NCBI GenBank assembly: GCA_963752475.1
Contig: CAVVYR010000019.1
Location: 32,001-96,000 of the forward strand
Length of the DNA: 64,000 bases
DNA from: an uncultured Chloroflexia bacterium
Lineage (GTDB): Bacteria; Chloroflexota; Limnocylindria; Limnocylindrales; CSP1-4
Direction: 5' to 3'
Part shown: piece by piece, positions 58,038 through 64,000 of the stretch
How the letters are laid out: each line of letters begins with the position of its first letter
How positions within the stretch are numbered: the stretch's first letter is position 1
The notes under the pieces: model-generated
Database searches by the model: none
What the model was told of the DNA's origin: nothing
Seen by the model: only the letters and a program-made list of their open reading frames with translations
Made by a program: the position numbers and the translations under genes

Positions 58038-58937
58038 ATGGATCCAGACCTCCCCAAGGGGGCCGCTGCGGTCGCCGGCAACGGGCGCAGCAGCAAGACG
58101 CGTGAACTGACGGGCCGCCCTGCCGGCAAGCCCGTACGCAAGGACGAGATCGTGCTCGAGGACCGCGGCCTGTACGTCGAGTCGTGGCTGCCGGAGCGGC
58201 GTTCGCGCCGCCGCCCGCTCTACTACCTGCACGGCGAGCTCGGCGGCTCGTGGCTGTGGGAGCGCTATCTGCGGTACTTCGCCCAGCGCGGCTGGGAAGG
58301 CCACGCGCTCAACCTGCGTGCGCACTTCTGGTCCCAGACGGCCGATATCGAGGAGCTCAGCTTCGATACCTATCTCGAGGACGCGATCGCCGGCTTCGAG
58401 GCACTCGAACGTCCCGCCGTGGTGGTCGGCCATGGCATGGGCGGCCTGTTGGCCATGAAGGTGGCCCAAGGCCGCGAGATCGACGCGCTCATCCTGGTCA
58501 GCCCCGCCATCCCCGCGCCGGTTCGCCCCGTGCCGCCCGCGCACGTCGTGCGCCTCGTGCCGGCCACCTACCAGGCGGAGCTCATCGACTGGGCCGGCAG
58601 CCATGAGCACGTCCAGCGCCAGAATCAGGACCTCTCGCTGGCCGACGTGCGTCGCATCCAGCACCTCCTGGGGGCCGAGAGCGGTGCCGCTCGTCGCCAG
58701 ATGCTCGCCGGCGTCTTCGTCGATCGCGACAAGCTGCCCGATGTGCCCATGCTCGTCATCGGTGCCGGCCTCGACCGTCAGTTCGCGGAGGCGGATAGCG
58801 CCCGTCTGGCCGAGTGGCTCGGTGCGGAGTACCAGCCATTCGGCGCGCACTCGCACTATGGCGCGGTCCTCAGCGAGCAGGCCTTCGACCAGGTCGCGGA
58901 TACCATCCGCTCATTCCTGGAGCACCACCGCCTGTAG
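58038..58937 (+). CDS. Alpha/beta hydrolase-fold protein lacking the catalytic Ser
   Basis: LHGELGG, NLRAH, GHGMGG (not GHSMGG), C-terminal HSHY. Confidence 0.8.
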   Translation: MDPDLPKGAAAVAGNGRSSKTRELTGRPAGKPVRKDEIVLEDRGLYVESWLPERRSRRRPLYYLHGELGGSWLWERYLRYFAQRGWEGHALNLRAHFWSQTADIEELSFDTYLEDAIAGFEALERPAVVVGHGMGGLLAMKVAQGREIDALILVSPAIPAPVRPVPPAHVVRLVPATYQAELIDWAGSHEHVQRQNQDLSLADVRRIQHLLGAESGAARRQMLAGVFVDRDKLPDVPMLVIGAGLDRQFAEADSARLAEWLGAEYQPFGAHSHYGAVLSEQAFDQVADTIRSFLEHHRL

Positions 58938-58978
58938 CAGGCATCGACACGAGTCCTCCTTGAGAGGAAGGGGCGGTC

Positions 58979-59008
58979 TGGACAACTTCGCGAAAGGATT
59001 GCTACCAT
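58979..59008 (+). promoter_or_regulatory. Sigma70-type promoter for tRNA-Glu
   Basis: TGGACA, 18-nt spacer, extended -10 TGcTACCAT. Confidence 0.55.
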
Positions 59009-59022
59009 CCTCTCTACAACCA

Positions 59023-59099
59023 GCCGCATTCGTCTAGAGGCCTAGGACACCGCCCTCTCAAGGCGGAGATCACCGGTTCGAATCCGGTATGCGGTACCA
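59023..59099 (+). tRNA. tRNA-Glu(CTC)
   Basis: Acceptor GCCGCAT/ATGCGGT, anticodon arm CCGCC-CTCTCAA-GGCGG, T-loop GGTTCGAATCC, encoded CCA. Confidence 0.97.
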
Positions 59100-59109
59100 G
59101 ATTTTCCCC

Positions 59110-59146
59110 ACGCCCCCGGACCGCGCCCCGGGGGCGTCTTTCTGTT
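59110..59146 (+). terminator. Intrinsic terminator after the tRNA
   Basis: ACGCCCCCGG/CCGGGGGCGT stem with CTTTCTGTT tail. Confidence 0.8.
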
Positions 59147-59170
59147 CCCGACGCCTGAAAGGACCGCCTC

Positions 59171-60247
59171 GTGGACTTCGAAAACCGCCGTCGCTACGTC
59201 ATCCTGGCCGAAGGCCAGTTCGGTGAGCCCGGCTCCAAGACCGCCATGGGCGTCATCCGGTACGGAGCGGATCCGGTCGTGGCGGTGCTCGACTCCACTC
59301 GCGCCGGGCGCGACGTCAGCGAATGGCTGGGCGAGGAGCACGCGGCCCCTGTGGTGGCCACCCTGGCGGAGGCCCTTCGACATGAGCCCACGGCGCTGCT
59401 CATCGGTACCGCTCCGCAGGGTGGCAAGATCCCGCCGGAGTGGCGCTCGATCATCAGCGACGCCATCGTCCACGGGCTCGATATCGTCAGCGGCCTCCAC
59501 GAGTTCGTCTCGGACGACCCGGACTTCGCCTCGCTCGCGGCGACCCATGGCGTCGAGCTCGTCGATCACCGTCGGCCGCCGGAGCGCCATGAGGTCGCCG
59601 TCGGCCGGCAGCACGCCCCGGGCAAGCACGTGATCCTGCTCGTCGGCACCGACTGCGCCATCGGCAAGATGACCGTGGCCCTGGAGTTGCGCCGCGCCGC
59701 ACACGAGGCCGGACTCTCGACCGCCTTCGTGCCCACCGGCCAGACGGGCATCATGATCGAGGGCTGGGGGGTCTCGGTCGACCGCGTCATCAGCGACTTC
59801 ATCAACGGCACCGCCGAATGGCTCGTGCAGCAGGCGGAGGAGATGGGCGACTGGATCTTCGTCGAGGGCCAGGGCTCGCTCGATCACCCGGCCTACTCGG
59901 CGGTCACGCTGGGGCTCGTCCACGGCACCACGCCGCACGCCATGGTGCTGGTGCACCAGCCCGGCCGCAGCGGCCACTTCGGCTGGGAGCAGGCCACCGG
60001 CAGCGACGCGCCGACGCTCTCGCTCGCTGACAACATCCGCCTCTACGAGCACGTGGCCAACGCCGTCGCGCCCAGCCGGGTGGCGGCCATCGCGCTCAAC
60101 ACCTCGCTGCTCTCCGAAGAGGAGGCACGGGCCGAGATCGAGCGCGTTGCGGCCGAGACCGGCTTGCCCACCGGCGATCCCTATCGCTTCGGGCCGACCG
60201 AGTTGTTCGCGGGCCTGCGCGCCAGCCTGGAAGGAGACGACCGATGA
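59171..60247 (+). CDS. DUF1611 domain protein (DgcN-like)
   Basis: SKTAMG, VSGLH, GTDCAIGKMT, TGQTG, VEGQGS. Confidence 0.9.
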   Translation: MDFENRRRYVILAEGQFGEPGSKTAMGVIRYGADPVVAVLDSTRAGRDVSEWLGEEHAAPVVATLAEALRHEPTALLIGTAPQGGKIPPEWRSIISDAIVHGLDIVSGLHEFVSDDPDFASLAATHGVELVDHRRPPERHEVAVGRQHAPGKHVILLVGTDCAIGKMTVALELRRAAHEAGLSTAFVPTGQTGIMIEGWGVSVDRVISDFINGTAEWLVQQAEEMGDWIFVEGQGSLDHPAYSAVTLGLVHGTTPHAMVLVHQPGRSGHFGWEQATGSDAPTLSLADNIRLYEHVANAVAPSRVAAIALNTSLLSEEEARAEIERVAAETGLPTGDPYRFGPTELFAGLRASLEGDDR

Positions 60248-61296
60248 CGTTCACGCTCGAGACCGAGGTCCTGCACCTCCCGTTCCGCGACCCCTTCAAG
60301 ATCGCTCGTACGGAGGACTCCGAAGCCAGCCAGACGGTGCTCACGTTCCTTGAGCGCGACGGAGGCCGGGGCTTGGGCGAGTGCTTCCCGGTGCCGTACT
60401 ACGGCGAGACCGTGGAGACGACCGAAGCCGTCCTGCCGCGCCTCGTCGGGGCGCTCGACGAGCTGGGCCCGCTGCCCTCCGATCGCGCTGAGGCCCTGGT
60501 CTGGCTGGAGCGATCCACGGCCCTGATGACCGACGCGCTGGGCAACCACGGCGGGGCCAAGATGGGCCTCGACACCGCCCTCCACGACATGGCTGCCAAG
60601 GCGCAGGGGGTGCCCATCTGGCAGCTCATCGGCACGTCCGACCAGCTGCCGCCGACCGACTACTCGCTGGGCATCGACGACCCTGCCACCGTGGCCGAGC
60701 GGGCCCGGCGCGTGGCCCACTTCCCGGCGCTCAAGATCAAGGTCGGTGGGCCCTCGGATATCGAGACGCTCGAGGCCGTGCGTGCGGTCTTCGGCGGCCC
60801 GCTTCGCGTCGATGCCAACACCGGCTGGCAGCCCGAGCAGGCTGCCGCCCTCATCCCAGAGCTCGATCGTCTCGGGGTGGAGTTGGTGGAACAGCCCTTC
60901 AAGGCGCGCATGCTGCCGGAGCTACGTTGGCTGCGTGAGCGCTCGAGCCTGCCCATCATGGCCGACGAATCGGCCGTCTTCGTAGAGGACCTGCCCATGC
61001 TCGAGGGTGTCGTCGACGGGGTCGTGGTCAAGTTGGCCAAGGTCGGGGGCATCGGTCCCGCACTGCGCCAGATCCGCCTCGCCCGCAAGCTGGGACTGAA
61101 GGTGATGCTCGGTTGCATGGTCGAATCGAGCGTCGGCGTGGCCGCTGCGGCCATGGTCGCGAGCGAGGTCGATTGGCTCGACCTCGACGGTAACCTGCTG
61201 CTCGCCGACGATCCGTTCGAGGGTCTGGTCCTGAGCGACGACTGCCGCTGGCAGCTGGCCGAAGAGCCTGGTCTGGGGGTCCGCCGCAAGGCCTGA
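60244..61296 (+). CDS. Enolase-superfamily dipeptide epimerase (L-Ala-D/L-Glu epimerase/DgcA-like)
   Basis: KIKVG, RVDAN, EQP, ADES, KLAKVGG, DLD motif. Confidence 0.9.
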   Translation: MTFTLETEVLHLPFRDPFKIARTEDSEASQTVLTFLERDGGRGLGECFPVPYYGETVETTEAVLPRLVGALDELGPLPSDRAEALVWLERSTALMTDALGNHGGAKMGLDTALHDMAAKAQGVPIWQLIGTSDQLPPTDYSLGIDDPATVAERARRVAHFPALKIKVGGPSDIETLEAVRAVFGGPLRVDANTGWQPEQAAALIPELDRLGVELVEQPFKARMLPELRWLRERSSLPIMADESAVFVEDLPMLEGVVDGVVVKLAKVGGIGPALRQIRLARKLGLKVMLGCMVESSVGVAAAAMVASEVDWLDLDGNLLLADDPFEGLVLSDDCRWQLAEEPGLGVRRKA

Positions 61297-61328
61297 AGGT
61301 CGCGATCCGGTTGCATGCAACGGGAACC

Positions 61329-61396
61329 TGTGGACAAGGTCGTGGACAACTTCGTGGATGAGCCGCTAGCGCCGCTCCGAGGCCCCGAAGTATCAT
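61329..61396 (+). promoter_or_regulatory. Three phased DnaA-box-like sites upstream of a TATCAT -10
   Basis: TGTGGACAA (61329), CGTGGACAA (61341), CGTGGATGA (61353); TATCAT at 61391-61396. Confidence 0.45.
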
Positions 61397-61627
61397 CACC
61401 CGAGTCGTCCGGAGAGTCTCCGGACGGCGCATGAGAGGGAACACTCAAGGGGTCGGCGGACACCCCTCACGAGTGAAGCGCGTCGTCGCGCGAAGGTCTC
61501 TGCGCAGCGGCGTGGATCTACAACTGTTTGATCGCGGGTTCCGTTTCGACGTGCCTGCAGAAAGTGGGAGAGGGTGTCGAGAGAGCGGCCGGGCAACGTG
61601 CTGTCCGAAACGATTGAAGAACGCCAG

Positions 61628-61927
61628 GTGAACGAAGGGACAGCCCCGACCGTGAGGGTCGAGACGCCGGGGGACGGAGCCGATCCCGACGCCGAAGCCG
61701 AGGCTTTCGTCCGTTTCTGCTACCGGCGCCGGGCGGTCCAGTGGCCCGAGCTCTACGACGAGATGTGTGCCGTCGCCGCGCGTGGTGATTACCGCGGCAT
61801 GGAGTACGAGGAGCTGTCGCGCCTGGGTATCGGCTTCGCCCTCTCGTCATTGCCACGCCTGGCCGAGTTGGCCGCTCGCGTCATCGCCCAGGAGCGCAGC
61901 CCGCAGCCCATCGCTGCCGTCGCCTGA
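61628..61927 (+). CDS. Hypothetical protein of unknown function (about 100 aa)
   Basis: FVRFCYRRRAVQWPELYDEMCAVAARG; good GC3 bias; start uncertain (61574, 61598 or 61628). Confidence 0.7.
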   Translation: MNEGTAPTVRVETPGDGADPDAEAEAFVRFCYRRRAVQWPELYDEMCAVAARGDYRGMEYEELSRLGIGFALSSLPRLAELAARVIAQERSPQPIAAVA

Positions 61928-62027
61928 GAGGCGCCCGGCACGAGTTGGAGGCGCCTGGCACGTGCTGGAGGCGCCCCGCGCCAGCTGGAGGTGCCCGGCG
62001 CGAGCTGGAGGCGCCTCGGCCACGTTG
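61928..62027. repeat. 20-bp tandem repeat, five degenerate copies
   Basis: GAGGCGCCYGGCRCGAGCTG-like units at 61928, 61948, 61968, 61988 and 62008. Confidence 0.85.
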
Positions 62028-62054
62028 CCAAGCCTGATGGCCACCCGTCGTCAC

Positions 62055-62267
62055 GGTCGACCGTAGTCATGCTCGTAGTCACTCGATCACGACTCTGCCT
62101 GACCGTTCGGTTGCGCTCCAGGCACGACCGGGCATATCCGCGATGTCGCGATATCCCTCGAAGCGGTCGGGCCCTGCGGTTGCGGGACTACGGTCGACCC
62201 CGGCGACGAGTGACTACAGCGAAACGCCGATCTGGCCCATAGCGTCGACACCGGCGACGAGTGACTA
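62055..62267. repeat. Interleaved inverted and direct repeats
   Basis: IR 62055-62068/62186-62199; IR 62075-62085/62207-62217; DR GTCGACnCCGGCGACGAGTGACTA at 62193 and 62244. Confidence 0.8.
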
Positions 62268-62396
62268 GGAGTCAGGGTTCCATGCCCGCAGCGCTCCCGG
62301 CCGTCGCCTGAGACGCATCCGTGTCCTGTGCTTGGCGGGGCTGATGTTCACTGAGAGGGCCACTCGTGCAGGGAACGGTTCGCCGTGCGTCGGATC

Positions 62397-62452
62397 GCTC
62401 GCTCAGCGGCCCATTCGCACCCTCCGGGCGTCATTCGAGCCGCTGAGCGAGC
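62397..62452. repeat. REP-like inverted repeat
   Basis: GCTCGCTCAGCGGC-N28-GCCGCTGAGCGAGC, perfect 14-bp arms with GATC just outside each arm. Confidence 0.8.
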
Positions 62453-62511
62453 AGATCGGTGATCGAGCTCGGCTCTGGGCGGGTGTCACTGCCCAAGTGG
62501 GCCGCTGAGTA

Positions 62512-62533
62512 GACAGCGCGGGGCCGCGCTGTC
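62512..62533. terminator. GC-rich hairpin between convergent genes
   Basis: GACAGCGCGG-GG-CCGCGCTGTC. Confidence 0.5.
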
Positions 62534-62563
62534 GTTCTATCGCAGAGATCGAGTCGGCTAGCT

Positions 62564-63205
62564 CTACCGACCAGGGGTCTCCGAGTCGGGCGCTGGTGGG
62601 ACCGGCTGTTCCATCGAGATCATCGCGCCGAAGCCCACCCAGCGCTCCTTGTAGCGGAACGACTGCACCTTCGTGACCCGGTATCCGAGGCGCTCGTAGA
62701 GGGCCTGTGCGCGTGGGTTTCGGTCGATGACATCGAGACGCACGAAGCGCTTGCCATTGGCACGGGCGATCTCGGTCGTCGCATCCAGCAGGCGGGTGCC
62801 GTTGCCCAGGCCGCGGAACGCCGGTGCGACGGCGATGCCGTCGACGTAGATCTCGTCGGCCTTCGGACGGTGGTCGGCCATGCGTGTACCCCACACGGCC
62901 CACATCGCGCCCACCCATCCGAGCACGTCGCGGTACGGACGGACATCCCACGACGAACCCATGAGGCCACCGGCGTGTGGCGCGCCCTTGCTGCTCAGCC
63001 CGGCCATGCCCAGGAGCTCGTCACCGCGACGAGCGATGAGGCAGTTCTGGGCGACGATCGAGCGGCGCATGAACTCCCTGCGCTTGTCCGCGTCACGCAC
63101 GACCGTGCGCATCTTCTCGCCGAACGCTTCTTCGAAGACCTCGACCGCCTGGCCGCGCAACTCATCGGGCAGCCCGTGCTCGATGGTCACGCCGGCATCG
63201 CTCAT
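62564..63205 (-). CDS. GNAT family N-acetyltransferase
   Basis: IAVAPAFRGLGNGTRLL, NPRAQALYERLGY; leaderless TACCCT. Confidence 0.9.
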   Translation of the reverse strand: MSDAGVTIEHGLPDELRGQAVEVFEEAFGEKMRTVVRDADKRREFMRRSIVAQNCLIARRGDELLGMAGLSSKGAPHAGGLMGSSWDVRPYRDVLGWVGAMWAVWGTRMADHRPKADEIYVDGIAVAPAFRGLGNGTRLLDATTEIARANGKRFVRLDVIDRNPRAQALYERLGYRVTKVQSFRYKERWVGFGAMISMEQPVPPAPDSETPGR

Positions 63206-63289
63206 GCGATGAGGGTAGCGGCGACTCAGTACCGGCGATGCGACGGATGGCACTGGCGGCGAACCGGAAGCTGGTGCCATCGTCAGCGC

Positions 63290-63886
63290 ATGAAGACCGC
63301 TCGTTCCACCCAGAAGCTTCCCGCGCCGCGCACCGAGAGCACGATGTCGCTCGAGGCCACGCTCGCCGCGCGCCACACGGTGCGCGAGTTCCAGCCGCAC
63401 GCGCTTACGATCGATGAGATCGGCCAGCTGCTGTGGGCCGCTCAGGGCGTGACCCATGCCGAGACCAAGCGCACCGCTCCGTCGGCCAGCGGGCTCAACG
63501 CACTCGAGACCTACGTCATCACCGCCGAGGGCATCTGGCGCTACGTGCCGGCCGAGCATGCGCTCGAACCCCTCCACGACGGCGACACCTTCGCCCGGTT
63601 GCAGGAGGCCACCGGTGGTCAGCCTTGCGTGGGTTCTGCCCCGCTGGTCATCGCCTTCTCCATCATCCCCGGGCGCATCTCCGGGCGGCACGGCGAAGAA
63701 CGCGCTATCCGCTACTCGGACTTCGAGGCCGGCCACGCCGGACAGAACCTTCTGCTGCAGGCGGTCGCGCTCGACCTCGGTGGCGTGCCCATCGGCTCGT
63801 TCGACGACAGCGCCGTATGCCGGCTGCTCGAGCTGCCCGAGGGTGAGAAGCCGCGCTACCTGTTCGCGCTTGGTCGTCCCGCCTGA
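63290..63886 (+). CDS. SagB/ThcOx family nitroreductase
   Basis: SLEATLAARHTVREF, RTAPSASG, EAGHAGQNLLLQAVAL. Confidence 0.9.
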   Translation: MKTARSTQKLPAPRTESTMSLEATLAARHTVREFQPHALTIDEIGQLLWAAQGVTHAETKRTAPSASGLNALETYVITAEGIWRYVPAEHALEPLHDGDTFARLQEATGGQPCVGSAPLVIAFSIIPGRISGRHGEERAIRYSDFEAGHAGQNLLLQAVALDLGGVPIGSFDDSAVCRLLELPEGEKPRYLFALGRPA

Positions 63887-64000
63887 TCCTCGGCTCGCGC
63901 CGCAGGGCGCTCCATGCTGTAGGCGGCGCCGAATCCGGTGATGTGGCGCAGCAGCCCGAGTCGCTCCTCGCGGATCACCCTGTAGCCCTCGCGCTCGTAG
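63856..64000 (-). CDS. GNAT family protein, 3' partial
   Basis: Manual translation YEREGYRVIREERLGLLRHITGFGAAYSMERP... resembles the C-terminus of the 62564-63205 GNAT. Confidence 0.65.
   Translation of the reverse strand, partial: YEREGYRVIREERLGLLRHITGFGAAYSMERPAARAEDQAGRPSANR

Noticed and set aside
59023-59146. tRNA-Glu as a genomic-island attachment site
   Set aside because: No integrase and no duplicated tRNA 3' end seen; the flanks are ordinary genes
61329-61361. oriC
   Set aside because: Only three boxes, no AT-rich unwinding element, and no dnaA/dnaN nearby
61928-62267. Possible mini-CRISPR (24-bp repeat twice; 20-bp repeats)
   Set aside because: Only two copies with one 27-nt gap; the 20-bp units are abutting and degenerate; no leader or cas genes
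63290-63886. RiPP (azole) biosynthetic cluster
   Set aside because: Stand-alone SagB-like nitroreductase; no YcaO or precursor peptide

Overview
A GC-rich bacterial chromosomal segment (about 69% by eye). Gene content and frequent leaderless promoters suggest Chloroflexota, possibly Limnocylindria-like; this is inference. It holds about 65 genes. (i) 1-15 kb: a sugar-ABC/LacI catabolic locus combining non-phosphorylative sugar-acid enzymes (Gfo/Idh/MocA, two lactonases, UxaA/SAF, MaoC, RraA-type aldolase, rhamnose mutarotase) with B12 methyl-transfer modules (two corrinoid proteins, two URO-D/MtaA-superfamily proteins, DUF1638). (ii) A polar amino-acid ABC transporter, ligD, an Ldh_2 oxidoreductase, a class A PBP, mutY, nnrE, plsY and lpdA-E2-lipA, the last interrupted by an XRE-HTH/PD-(D/E)XK gene flanked by palindromes. 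(iii) A MurNAc recycling locus (kinase, murR, murQ, ABC). (iv) A decayed operon at 41.4-44.0 kb with internal deletions and nonsense codons, next to another URO-D gene and a sugar ABC. (v) Adenosine deaminase, a tagatose-type GntR/SIS/LacD/PfkB locus, housekeeping genes, tRNA-Glu(CTC), DUF1611 with a dipeptide epimerase, and GNAT and nitroreductase genes. Four genes carry frameshifts that are probably sequencing errors. Several intergenic regions contain tandem repeats and REP-like inverted repeats with 21-28 nt loops. No CRISPR array, integrase or transposase was found.
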